Made by a program: the position numbers and the translations under genes. From the NCBI RefSeq assembly GCF_030144855.1, contig NC_082738.1, positions 23,312,001-23,376,000 on the forward strand: 64,000 nt of DNA. The letters are read 5' to 3'. The notes beneath the pieces were generated by a model that saw only the letters and a program-made list of their open reading frames with translations, had not been told where the DNA came from and made no database searches. Source of the stretch: Hypanus sabinus (taxonomy: Eukaryota). Shown one piece after another: positions 24,806-37,052 of the stretch (its first letter is position 1; the number at the start of each line of letters is the position of its first letter).

Positions 24806-25971
24806 GGGTTTCTTTGGGAAGAGAAACCAAGTCAGCTTTTCAGGTCAAAGAACAACTGTCTGTGGACATTGTTTCCTTTTCCACAGGTGAGGCCTGACCT
24901 GAGTATTTTCAGCATTTTCTGTTTTTTTTTAAATTTTCATTTTCCTGCATTTGCAGTACTGTATTTGGTTTTAATAGAACTGCATTTTAGAAGCAGTCTT
25001 GTGTCTTTAAAACTCTTGCAGAATACTCACTATCATGAACTGTTCAAGAAGAACAGTGTGTGACACTCGTGGTTTTCGTGCTATGGACTGGTGCCAAACC
25101 TAAAAGTACAAGTACCATTAGCAGAGCATGGGATTTAATTGATAATGGGAAATGACAAAGCACATATATGCTTGTTGATTTCTACATTTATTGCTGTTTT
25201 GTTAGCCACACTCAACGTTCTGTAGTTGGGTGCTTGGCCTTTCACCTCTCACTCATCAAATGTTAGTGGCCTGGTACAATTTGGTTTCTGAGAAATTTTC
25301 TTTCCATTTAAAAATGTTTCCAGATGGTCCAGAAATTAATGCAGATCTCACTGCTGTCGATAATTTGCTCAGAGGTTAACATCTGATCCTTCTTTTCCAT
25401 GTACATATTCCAGGTAATTAAAGTTGCTGGCAGTAAAGGCTTGTATAGTGAGGAGGGAGATTGTCAGATGAGTGGGCAAAGTTGAGAATTCACTGTGATG
25501 CTAGCAATAATGAACCAGTAGAACATAGACAATAGTAAAATCGTGTTTTGTATCATTTTTAAATATCGGTTAAAAATGTGAATCAGTATGTTGGCTAAAT
25601 TGTACAGGACTTTTTCTTTTTAGCCTTTTCTCTTTCAGTGACTAAAACCCAGTTGATTCAAATACTATTTTTAAAAATAACTGCATTTTTATGTTTTTAA
25701 ACTTAATTCATTGAAATTTCATTCTAAACCTGCAGTAAAAACTAATTTGATATTCTGTTTCAAGGGGCTTTAGGTGGCTTCTTAGGAAAATCAGTACCAC
25801 TACTTGGTATTTTCCAATCATCAACCTTTAATAGGAAGAAAATAATGTGATACATCCATGGTTTTCTAAGGACTTGTCCACTCCTGTTTAAGGCCTTGCT
25901 GGTGGCCATCAGTTAACTTTCCCCTCTTTGTTCAGTGTTAGCTGCTACTTAAACTGAAGAAGAGAAGATGC

Positions 25972-26011
25972 ACAGTCCTGAAGAAGGGTCTCAGCCTGAA
26001 ACATCGACTGT
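25972..26011 (+). ncRNA. Minimal type-I hammerhead ribozyme motif, best-preserved copy, sense to SPRYD3
   Basis: ACAGUC-CUGAAGA-A-GGGU CUCA GCCU-GAAAC-AUC-GACUGU: perfect 6-bp stem I, CUGANGA and GAAA boxes, NUH triplet AUC. Confidence 0.75.
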
Positions 26012-26075
26012 TTAGTCTTTTCCATAGATGCTGCCTGACCTGCCGAGTTCCTCCAGCATCTTGTGTATGTTACTG
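25972..26075 (+). mobile_element. Penelope terminal repeat (solo)
   Basis: cagtcctgaagaagggtctcagcctgaaacatcgactg...gatgctgcctgacctgccgagttcctccagcat. Confidence 0.85.
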
Positions 26076-26081
26076 CTTAAC

Positions 26082-26527
26082 ATCAGAATCAAAATCAGGT
26101 TTGTTATCACCAGCATGTGAAGTGAAATTTGTTAACTTAGCAGCATTTCAATGCAATACATAACCTAGCAGAGAGAGAGAAAAAATAAAAATAATAATAA
26201 GTAAGTAAATCAATTACAGTATACGTATATTGAATAGATTAGAAATGTGCAAAAAAAACAAATACTGTATATTTAAAAAGTGAGGTAGTGTCCAAGGGTT
26301 CAGTGCCCATTTAGGAATCGGATGGCAGAGGGGAAGAAGCTGTTCCTGAATTGCTGACTGTGTGCCTTCAGACTTTTGTACCTCCTACCTGATGGTAACA
26401 GTGAGAAAAGGGCATGGCCTGGGTGCTGGAGGTCCTCAGTAATGGACCCTGCCTTTCTGAGACATCGCTTCCTGAAGATGTCCTGGATACCTTGTAGGCT
26501 TGTGCCCGAGATGGAGCTGACTGGATC
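26082..26527 (-). mobile_element. Rex-Babar 3' end
   Basis: HPGHALFSLLPSGRRYKSLKAH..FRNSFFPSAIRFLN and (ctgatt)n tail. Confidence 0.88.
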
Positions 26528-27495
26528 CATCTTGACATGAATGCTTGTTTTCATTCATGGAAAATCAGGTGCATGGAACACTGGAATAAAATAAACCTTT
26601 CATTGGCTCCTTATGTTACTGGTTGAAAGGAGAAGATGATGACCATACCATATGACTGTTTTATTTGGGTATCAATGCTGTATTAGAAGTGTTTGGAATC
26701 ATTCAGGTGATAGCATCGCCAAAGTAGGAGTGCAAGATTTATTTGAGGGTGTTCCCACACCTTGATTTGTGTTTAAAAGGGGGTTAAAGTTTCACCTGAA
26801 AGGAGTGTTTGGACTCCGGACAGTGGGAAGCGAGGAAATGAAAGAGCAATTTTGTTTCCAGCAAGAAAATGTTCTCTAATCAGCCTCCAAAGCATCTGGT
26901 GCGTGGCTCCTAAAGCTGTTTCCCACTATTAGAAAGAGTGCCAACAGTTCCTACACGAACATCATACTTAACTAATCTGAGAATGTTATTTCTAAGATAT
27001 TGCAGACATGGGGTTCTCCAGAATTGCAGTTGATTCTACACTTGAATTTCAGAAACATTTTGACATGCTTCCATGTTAATGGTTAATGACTCAATAACTT
27101 GTCACAGATGAGGGGTTTAAAATCTGGTCCTCAAGGCGTATTTGGTTTAACAACAGGAAACAGAATAAGTAGGATATCTCACATAATCCTAGCCATGTGT
27201 AACGGCCACATTCACAAATCCCTTCATCCACTTTTCCTTCATTCACCTACCTAATCTAATTTTGAATGTTGATACAGTTTCTGCCTCAACCACAAAAGCC
27301 TGAAAGTGAATTCCAAAGTTTTGTGACTCTGTTCTTATTCTGAGCTGAATCTCTTATAATTTTTTTGTCTTTGGTTTTTTGTTCCAGTCTCTTATCTGTT
27401 AACAGTCCATTCACCCATTCTTTTAGTAATTTTAAATGCAGAATCATGTTACCCCTAATCTACATTGTCACATCAAGATGTCAGTCTTTCCTACA

Positions 27496-27699
27496 GACTG
27501 CAGATGGAGGAAATCTGAAACAAAAACAGATAATGTTGGAAGCACTCACTAGGTCGGGTAACATCTGTGGAAAGAGAAACAGAGTTAATGTTCCAGGTCA
27601 GAGACCCTTCAACAGAACTGTCTGCAGCCTCAGATGTTAACTGTTTTTCTTTCCATAGACATTGCCTGACCTGGGTGTTTCCAGCAATTTTTGTTTTAG
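27496..27699. repeat. Inverted pair of Penelope terminal repeats (imperfect fold-back)
   Basis: Left arm at about 27517-27592 is the diverged reverse complement of the right arm at about 27633-27699. Confidence 0.7.
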
Positions 27700-28073
27700 C
27701 GTCTGTCTGTCTACTTCAGGGTTCCAAACTAAGCTGCACTAAATTTGCAATATCCTTCTAAAGGGCTCATAAAGGTGCTGCAGAATGTCTGTCTAATTTT
27801 ATACAGGCTTTTGTACAGGTTGTTATAGTTGGATATCTTAAGGTAAAACCTAAATTCGGTGAACTTTTTGGGCAGTGTTGTATCCTATGAACTGAAACCC
27901 AAACCTAGTAGCACTGAGGGTTTTTAAGAGCTTAACTGCATTGTTTTGAAATAAAAATCCATCTTCTTGCACTCAGTGATATTTAATTCTATCTGACACT
28001 TTTTGGTACATTCTTATCAATATCCATTATCAATTTCCTTTTTATCTTTTACCCCCAAGTTCTAAGTTATTAA

Positions 28074-28742
28074 TGTAACCCCCTGGGTCGCCTCAGGCTC
28101 GCTCAGTTCATTTCGTCTAGGGGGAGCAGCCTTCAGCCCCGCCAAACTGGGTAATCAGCTGGTGTGGATGCTGTGTGATGTCCCCGCCTCACCCAAAAAC
28201 AGACAGTACACCATATGCGATTAAATGAGTACAATTTATAAAGGTTACTATAACTAAGTGATTAATAACGATACAGTATATATGAAGAGAAAATTAAAGA
28301 AAAGGCGCCAAACTTATCAAAGTCCAAACCACTTCGTGCACAGCCGTTGGAGCTCAATTTCTGAAGTCTTCTGGCCACCATTCGATCCCCTCCGAACTCC
28401 TCGACTCGCAGCTCAGGACCCTCCGAACTCCTCGGACTCTCCAAACAGCTCAGGACCCTCCGAGTGGTCAACCAAGCACATCTAGCTTCATCCCCCCCCC
28501 CATCCTCGGAGAATCTCCCGGCCTCGGACCCCCCTTTGGGGTCCGATCCTCGCCCAGCTTAGAGCATTGCGTCCTCTCTCTCGACCCCCTCGCGCCGATC
28601 TCCCAAAAGCCCGTCAACAAAAGCTTACAGACTCAGAAGAAAGAACATTAATCCCCATTTGGTTTACAAAGGAATACCATTCTCGTTATCAGTAAATTAG
28701 CATTCCTGCTAGTTAACAAAAAAGGAAGAAACCCTCTTTACA
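28074..28742 (-). mobile_element. Solo LTR, probably Gypsy-type (669 bp)
   Basis: TGTAA...TTACA inverted termini and 4-bp TSD TTAA (28070-28073, 28743-28746). CpG-rich relative to the flanks, with internal repeats cagctcaggaccctccga. Orientation inferred from the gggggttaca end. Confidence 0.85.
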
Positions 28743-29249
28743 TTAATACATGTCAAAAACTGCACTAGTCTGAAATCAACAAATTTTAACACTGCATATC
28801 CAGCGCTGTATCCAGCACGTGCCCCAGAGCTGACCATTCAGGATACAACAGGTCGCAAGCCCTCTGAATTTGATAAGATGATGCCAGTGACCAATGGTGA
28901 TGTTTTGCTCACAAAACTACTAGATACTCTAATAGATATATTTCTGAACTGTGATCACTGCAGTCTGCAGCCTGTAATTTCCCTTTTAAGGATGTTCTTT
29001 GGAACTGACAACAATCCAAGGCTTTTGCGATCATCTGGGGGATTTGGTGAACTAAACTCTCAAGAACGCAGATATGGCCGGGGTGGCCATCGCTGGGGGT
29101 GGACACTGCATTAAGGCCTGATGGTGGAAGACAAACAGATGGTCAGCTCCATTACTCCGTGCTAATTAAAGCATCGAGCAAAATTAAAATTGTCAATGTC
29201 AAGAGCAGGAAGCAAACAGGTATTCAGCGCAGTCTGACTGTGTTTGACT

Positions 29250-29865
29250 GGCCTCCCTCTCTTCCGCTTACTACTGTCAGGCAGGAGGTGCAGGAGTCTT
29301 GACTCCCTCACCAGCAAGTTCATAAGCAGTTGTTGCGCTGCAGCTGTCAGGCTCCTGGATGGGCTTCACTCGGCTCAGCTCCACAGCTGTGGACTCACTT
29401 TCGGGGACTCTGCAGTTCACGTTCCTTGTGTTTTTGTTTTTTTTTACTATTTGCACACTTTGATCAAGATGTCAAGGCCAAGGGTGAAGAATGAACTGGA
29501 GTTCAGCACTCTGCGAAGTTTACTCATTTTAGCGCTGAACTGACTCTGCAGCTGTGGCTTGCAACCATCAGCATTTTCCTCAGCAGGTTATGGCCTGCAG
29601 CCATTGGGCACCTGGACTGGCTTCACTCACCTCAGCACTGAACTGGCTGTATGACTGTGAAATGTTCTGTGTGCTATTTGTTTACTTTTTTATTTTTGCA
29701 CGATTTGTTCTTTTTTCGCACATTGGGTGTTTAAACAGTTTTTGTTGTGTGGGTTTTTTTAATTGGATTCTACTGTGTTTCTTTGTTTCTTGGCTGTCCG
29801 TGGGAAGACGAATCTCAAGGTTGTATACAGTACATACACTTTGATAATTTATGTACTTTGAACTA
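29250..29865 (+). mobile_element. Decayed Rex-like 3' end and non-autonomous derivative
   Basis: LFRLLLSGRRCRSL..TSKFISS; tail aatctcaaggttgtatac..tgtactttgaact. Confidence 0.6.
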
Positions 29866-30546
29866 ATTTTCTTTTGTGTTCTGGTTTGTTATCCTATCAA
29901 TGCTCCTTAATGTTTTATAGTAAATTCCCATGTGCTTCCTTCTGACCTTGGCCAATTCAACCAAGGTTTGCAAATATTAGCTATCCTGCTTGCTTATGTC
30001 GATGAAAAGACCATTTCATTATCCTTTACATTAGAGCAAGGATTACTGAAATAGTTCAAAGGCATGTATCTAAGTTACATATTTTAAACCAATTTCTTGA
30101 CCCTTCCAGTGTATATTTTTAAATATTTGTTGCAAGGAGGAAGAAAAAATAAACCAGTGTCAGATGGGGATAAGTTTTAAAATGCAAGCTTCAGGATAGA
30201 TTCATCGTATATAGCACAGCAGGAAACCATTTGACCAAGTCCGTGTGAGCTCTTGTGGAAAACAATCCAATTAGTACTCCTCCTCTACCATTACATTAGG
30301 CCCATTTTTTTTTCCCTCTTTCAAGTGCTTATCCAATTTCATTTGGAAAGCTACTGTTGAATTTGTTTCCACTACCCTATTGGGCAATACATTCTAAATC
30401 CAAACCACTTGTGAAATAAATTTCTCCTCATGCATGTTCTAGCTTTTTGACAATCAGTTTAACTCGTGTATGTTTACAGTCTAGAAGGAGGTTATTTGAG
30501 CCAATATGTCTTCGTGACCAAAAAATAGCTATCCAGCCTAATTCTA

Positions 30547-30608
30547 CAGTACCGTGCAAAAGTCTTAGGCACATTTACTAGGATGCCCAAGACTTTTGCA
30601 CACTACTG
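30547..30608. mobile_element. Tc1-derived miniature inverted-repeat element (62 bp)
   Basis: TA-CAGTACCGTGCAAAAGTCTTAGGCA...TGCCCAAGACTTTTGCACACTACTG-TA. The 25-bp arms match at 22/25, with a TA target. Confidence 0.8.
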
Positions 30609-30670
30609 TATATTATGGCTTTCCAATTCCAAATAATACATAATACTACTGAGTTAATACAAAGCTACAT

Positions 30671-30802
30671 CCTGCTGAAAGGTCTCAGCCCGAAATGTCA
30701 ACTGGACACTTTTCCATAGATGCTGCCTGGCATGCTGAGTTCCTCCAGCATTTTGTGTGTGTTGCTTGGATTTCCAGCATCTGCAGATTTTCTCGTGTTT
30801 GT
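30671..30802 (+). mobile_element. Penelope terminal repeat with mutated hammerhead (CUGCUGA)
   Basis: cctgctgaaaggtctcagcccgaaatgtcaactg...gttcctccagcattttgtgtgtg..ccagcatctgcagattttctcgtg. Confidence 0.8.
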
Positions 30803-31045
30803 AATTGCAACCACTTGCCTATTTTAACCAATATGCAGTATACAGGCACTGTCCAGCAGCTTGCTTGTGTTACTCTGTTCTTTCAGTCTAATAGAATAAG
30901 GCTATTGATGCAGGGTGCCAAAACAGTTTCAAAAGTGCAAAAGAGGACAAGGTAAATCTAGTAGTATTTAGCCTGAATGAGGAAAGAAATACTGAGGGAG
31001 TCTTGAAGTCCTGAGCTAGAGAAGGTGCATTGAATCTTGGTTTGA

Positions 31046-31487
31046 GCAGACACTAACAGAATCAACGAACTCATTCGTAAGGCCAGTGATGTTGTGGGGG
31101 TGGAACTGGACTCTCTGATGGTAGTGTCTGAAAGGTGGATGCTGTCCAAGTTGCATGCCATCTTGGACAATGTCTCCCATCCACTCCATAATGTACTGGT
31201 TAGGCACAGGAGTACATTCAGCCAGAGACTCATTCCACCGAGATGCAACACTGAGCGTCATAGGAAGTCATTCCTACCTGTGGCCATCAAACTTTACAAC
31301 TCCTCCCTGGGAGTGTCAGACACCCTGAGCCAATAAGCTGGTCCTGGACTTATTTCCACTTGGCATAATTTACTTATTATTATTTAATTATTGTTTTTAT
31401 ATTGCTATATTTCTACACTATTCTTGGTTGGTGCGACTGGAACGTAACCCAATTTCCCTCGGGATCAATAAAGTATGTCTGTCTGTC
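31046..31487 (+). mobile_element. Rex1 3' end
   Basis: DTNRINELIRKA..LDNVSHPLH..SFLPVAIKLYN, AATAAA, (GTCT)n. Near-identical to 1-346. Confidence 0.88.
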
Positions 31488-32627
31488 AGAGAGAGCAGAA
31501 AGAAGTTGTAAATTGGCACCATTTGCGGAATGAAAGGACAATAACTGCAAAATGCAAAGAAAACTAGCTGAAATGGTAATGATGGCATTTAAGAAACATG
31601 AGTTTAAAGTTATGAGAAGTTGAAATTAAGGATTAAATTAATTTTTGTGTTGCATTTTTATCTAAATAATAATAACTGCTTTATTGACTATATGGGTGAA
31701 ACAATAAATCATTCCCCAGTTGCATGTGTTCCTTGCATCCCATCCAGGAATGAAGCAGAATTACTTGAAGAATTTCCGAGCAATGGGACCAGGATGCAGA
31801 TATTGAGAATTAAGATAGCAGTTCTGTTTAGAAACAATTCAGTAAAGTTGTAGCTAGTAATTAGAGTAGGTGTATCCAGGACAGATAGGATTAAATAATT
31901 ATTCAAAGGTCAGTACACTTGAGTGATGTGGCAGAAACAATTTTGACTTCCATGTATTGTTACTTGTAATATCTGAGATTCAAGATCTCTAGCAAGGTCA
32001 TTGAATTGCTTGATATATGCAAATATGAGCAGGATTGACATTTTGAGTTGATTCGATGGTAAATTTTGTGACTGAGCTGGACCATAAGCAGGGACCAAAA
32101 GAAGATTATAAAAAAAAATCAAAGGCTTTGCATCCTAGAATGGAGGTCACCGCAACATCTCACAAAAGAGCCTGACTGTTGATAGGGCAAATGAAGGCAA
32201 CGAGCCAAGGAAAAAATTGGAAATGCAAGAGGAAAAATAAAATGAAAAATCTAAACAAGTACTAAAATCCCAGAACTGATCAAAGAGACCGACAAGGAAG
32301 GGTTTTTTTTGGATAACACTTTGCATATTTTGTGTTTTCAATTTTCTGATTAGTTTTGAAACTAGTGATGAATATAATCACTTTATATTGTGCCAAATTT
32401 CTATCGCATGAGTGACTTTTTTCAGTTTGTGCAGAAATCATGCTTAACCACTTATTCTCTGTAATTGAGCTCTAATTAAAATGTTCCTGTTGATGCAGCT
32501 ATATTACATTGTGGCTGATTTTCCACATTATAAAATTTAGGTAGTGCAAATACATTGTTGTGGCACCCAGGCTATGTAGAGCAAAAGCAACTTGCATTCT
32601 GCACTTCCATTAACATAATAAAAAAGC

Positions 32628-33000
32628 ATTCAAAGATTAAAAATTGCTTAATGTAATTTCCAGTACACAAGTGTAAAGGAGAGCAAAATAATTGTTACTC
32701 CAGCTCTGATGCAGCATAAAAAACACAAGATAAAGAACACAATAATAAAACAATAATTATAAATACATAAGATAGCTTGTATACATTGATATATGTCCAT
32801 AAAATGATGCTAGGCACAGGAGTCTCGACATAGTGACTGACAGTAAATGATAAAGTAGTGGTAGTTGGTGTGAAGGGCAGGTTAGTAGATGAAGGTGTTG
32901 ATCGACCTTACTGCTTGGGGTGGGGGAGGGGTAGGTATCTGTTTCTGAGTCTGGTATTCTTGCTGTGGATGCTACATAGCCTCTTTCCTGATGGGGGTGA
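32628..33000 (-). mobile_element. Rex-like 3' tail fragment
   Basis: LPSGxRY-like remnant (cctctttcctgatggg) and T-rich 3' UTR with a ttaatctttgaat tail on the minus strand. Confidence 0.5.
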
Positions 33001-33289
33001 GACAAAGTGCTTCACAAAAGCATTATTGTACTGAATTTACTATTGGGCCAGATAGGGGATGTAGTGCCATACAGAAAAGAACCAGGTTCTTCTTCCTATG
33101 CTGATAATAAATTGCCATCACAAGAATTCATTTCTTGTAGGAAAGCATTTCAGAGGTGGAAAGTTCTGTTATCAGAGCAAATATAACAGTGACAGAAGAT
33201 AAGATGAGAGAACCTGTAGTTGAGATAGTTGTAAGAGGCAGTAGGCTTGTATAGATGTTGTCACTAACTTATTCCCTGTGATCAGAAAA

Positions 33290-33930
33290 GGAAGAGTCAG
33301 AGACGGACAAGTGTGAGAGTGAGAGAAGGGTGGAAATCAGCAGCCAAAATAATTAAATTTGAGTTCCACATGAGTACAAAACACAGCACCAATGCAGTCA
33401 TTATCAGTAAAAGGGTTGAGGGAGTGGGCTGGGGTAGGTCTCATACAAGGACTGTTCCCCCTATTGCACAAAAAGATAAGCACAACTGAGGCCATGCAGT
33501 GCCCATAGCTACACCTTAGATCTAGAGAAAATTGAGGGAGAAGTTGCTCAATGTTCAAAGTTCAAAGTACATTTATTATCAAAGTATGTATACTATCACC
33601 CTGAGATTTGTCTCCTTACAGGCAGCCACGAAACAAAGAAACCCAATAGAATCCATTAAAAAAAGACAGTCAAGCACCCAGTGTACAGAAAAAAAAAACG
33701 TGCAATGTGAATGGAAGTGTGAATGTGTGTGTTGGTGGAGGGGGAATTTTTTTTAAATGAAGAAGCAGAAAGCCCTCAGTCCATCCTAGTGTGGAATAGA
33801 GATATTGAGGGATTGGATGTCCAGGGTCAAGATGAGGTGGTTGGGACCAGGCAATTGGAAACTGTCAAATTGGTGGCGGTCATTGGAGATGTCATGAATG
33901 CACGTGGGGAGGCACTGAAGTCAAGGTAGG
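33290..33930 (-). mobile_element. Decayed Penelope RT fragments interrupted by a short retro-tail (33554-33700)
   Basis: TDNDCIGA (YIDDCIGA-like) and ggtgtagctatgggc (GVAMG) on the minus strand. Confidence 0.6.
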
Positions 33931-34020
33931 AAGAAATATATTCTGTGGGTCAAGAGTAGGGTTTACCTCGGAATGCTACTTTATGGACTATGGGTAGGAA
34001 GTAAAAGGGCGGTACAGCAT

Positions 34021-34113
34021 GCACAAAATGCTGGAGGAAATCAGCAGGTCAGGCAGCATCTATGGAGGGAAATGAAAAATTGACTTTTCAGGCTAAGACC
34101 TTTCATTAGGACT
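34021..34113 (-). mobile_element. Penelope terminal repeat, hammerhead mutated (CUAAUGA)
   Basis: cacaaaatgctggaggaaatcagcaggtcaggcagcatctatgg...ttcaggctaagacctttcattaggact. Confidence 0.8.
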
Positions 34114-35741
34114 CTAATGTTAGGATGCTTTATTCCTGGAAGCTGTGGAACAAAAATCTCCCAAGGAAATAAGAGGTCCGTGACTGGGATACTTTTAAGT
34201 ATTGATTCGAAATGTGATTGTAAAATATCTAGTACTAAAATTGACGTCTGAGCTTTTATTGATTTGTTTTTGCTCAATGTGGATTGTACAGTCTTCCAGC
34301 AAGATCTCTGTTGTTTCATGATGAGCCGCTCTCATGTTACTTAAGTAGTTTTTGGTCAAATAACTTGTAGACATCAGGTCAAAGCTCAGTGTTTCAAGGT
34401 CTCCAGCACTTCATGTTGATTATTGATGCTTATCTTATTTAAAAGCTAAGATAAATAGTTTGGGAAGGCAGCTCTTGTTTAGGTTGTTATGTTGTAGATG
34501 TGATTGATGTCAGTAATTCAATTCTACTGCATCAGATGACACACAAATATATGTGGAAAGTTCATCCTGTTTGTAGCAGGATTTTGCCCTGTCCTGTCTT
34601 GTTTTGTACTTTCCCTCTTCTTAGTTATGATAACAATCCTCCTCTCCTCAGCCTTGTTCTGTAACTGATGCAAGTATATGAAACACTTTATAGAGAAGAC
34701 CCTAGATCATATTTGTAAGCTACTTTCACTATTACAAGACACGAAGATAAAATGTATAAAGCTACGTCTACCAGATTTAACAGCTGTAATTCAGTTATAT
34801 TTACTAATTTTTGGATTATATGGCAATTTAAACAGATTTCATTATTTTCAATTTCAAGAGCTGTCCCATTTAATTATAAAATACAATTCCTCATTTGTTT
34901 GCCCACATTAAAATTGGTATATTTTGTAAATGTTATCAATTTACTCTGAATATCTGAATCCATTTTATTGACCCACGTTAGAAACAACTGGGGTCCCATT
35001 TCATCTCAGTGGGAGACTGAGAGTTGCTGTGAAGCAATGGAAGGAGTTGGAGGCAAGGATGAAGATTTTTAGAACTGAGTTGTTTTCAAAGCAAAAGCCA
35101 ATGTGAGTTGGCAAACTTGGGTGAGTGAGGTTCGTAATGTTAATATGCGTATTGTAGAGTTCTGAATGAGTGTAATATTTTGGAAAGCATTGGCCCATAG
35201 AGTGTTGGAACAGTGACCCCAATGTGGCAAATATATGAAGATTTCAGCAGCAGTTGAGTTGAGGGAGGAGTAATGTGGAGATGAAAGTAGGAAATCATAT
35301 CGATGGAGTGATTTGTGGATGTAAACTCAGCTCTATATCAACCACAACATCAAGGCTGCCAACGTTCTGTCTCAGCATCAGCTTCTTAGGATGGGTGGCC
35401 CCCAAGAATTTGGGTTTATGGTGGAAACTAAAGGAAATAGCTAAGACGTCCCTATCCTACCAAAAATTGCTGCTCATCCAAAACTGGCAATCACTTAAAC
35501 AATGTGACAAATCAGAGATAATGGCATGTGCACTTTTAACTTGGTATTGTGCTTTGAACAATATCACCAAAAGAAATAAAAGGGGGCCAAGTAACTCCAG
35601 AGACAATATGGTGCGAATAAGAATCGAGCCTATAAAAAGTGGTTTGATTTAATAAAAATGAACAATGCAAAAAGTGTCAAATATAATCAAAGACCCCACC
35701 CTGAACATTCTCTCTTCTCCCTTCTTCCATTGGGCAGAAGT

Positions 35742-36178
35742 TCAGAATCAAACTAGATTTAACATCACTGGCATATGTCATGAAATTTGTTGTTTTGTGT
35801 AGCAGCACATTGCAATACATAATAAAGAAAATCTATAAATTACAATAAGAAATATATAATTTATATGTTAAGTAAGTAGTGCAAAAAGAGCAAAAAATAG
35901 GTAGTGTTCAAGGGTTCATGAACAGTTCAGAAATCTGATAGCGAAGGGGTAGCAGCTGTTCCTAAAACATGCGTCCTCAGGCTCCTGTACCTCCTCTCTG
36001 ATGGTAATAAGGAGAAGAGGGCATGTTCAGGGTGGCGGGGGTTCTTAATGATGGACACTGCCTTCTTGAGATATTGCCTTTTAAAGGTGTCCTCGATACT
36101 GGGGTGGCTAGTGCCCATAATGAAGTTAGCTGAGCTTACAACTTTTTCTGATCCTGTGCAGTGACCCCTTCATTCCAA
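35742..36178 (-). mobile_element. Rex-Babar 3' end
   Basis: KAVSIIKNPRHPEHALFSLLPSERRYRSLRT, plus tail. Confidence 0.8.
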
Positions 36179-37052
36179 CATCGGGCTCAGAAGCAGCTTC
36201 TACCCTGCTGTTATAAGACTGGTGCATTGTTCTCGGATCAAAGGTGGTGACAAATCAGCATATAGGAGGGAGATTGACCAAAGAGCTGAATATTGACTTC
36301 AGGAGGTGGGAACTGAAGGTCCATGAACCAGTCATCATCAGGGGATCAGAGGATAAGCAACTTTAAATTCCTCAGTGTTATCATTTCAGAGGATCTGTCC
36401 TGGGCCCAGCACATAAAAGGCATGGCAGCACTCTACTAAGAAATTTGTGAACATCCGGCATGTCATCTAAAACTTTGACAAGCTTGTAAAGATGTATGGT
36501 GGAGACTATACTAATTGTTTGCATCACGACCTGGTATGGAAGCACCAACTTCCTTGAATGGAAAAGCCTACAAAAAGTAGTGGATACAGCCCAGTCCATC
36601 ACGGGTAAAGCCCTCCCCACCTTTGAGCACATCCACATTGAGCCCTGTCGCAGGAAGGCAGTATCCATCATCCAGGCCATGCTCTCTTCTCACTGCTGCC
36701 ATAGAGATGGAAATACAGGAGCTATAGGTCCCACACCACTAGGTTAAGGAGCAGTTACTACCCCTCAACCATTAGGCTCTTGAACTAGAATGGATAACTT
36801 CACTCACCTCAACAATGAACTGATTCCACGACCCATGGACTTGCTTTCCAGGATTCTACAACTCATGTTCTCAATATTTATTATTTATTATTATTTTGTT
36901 GTTTTTCTTTTTTGTAATTGCACAATGTGTTGCCTTTTGCACATGGGTTGTTTGTCTACCTTTGCAGTTTTTCATAGATTTTATTGTGTCTCTTTGTATT
37001 TACTGTGAATACTGTAAAATAAATTCCAGGTCATAAAATGTATATGGTGACA

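Noticed and set aside
28070-28746. piggyBac element suggested by the TTAA duplication
   Set aside because: The termini are TG...CA with only 5-bp inverted ends, not CC...GG terminal repeats. An LTR fits better.
28743-29114. Open frame of about 124 codons directly after the solo LTR, including ORF 28878-29114
   Set aside because: No recognisable domain, no clear splice sites and no gag-like features; the TTAA TSD shows the LTR is solo.
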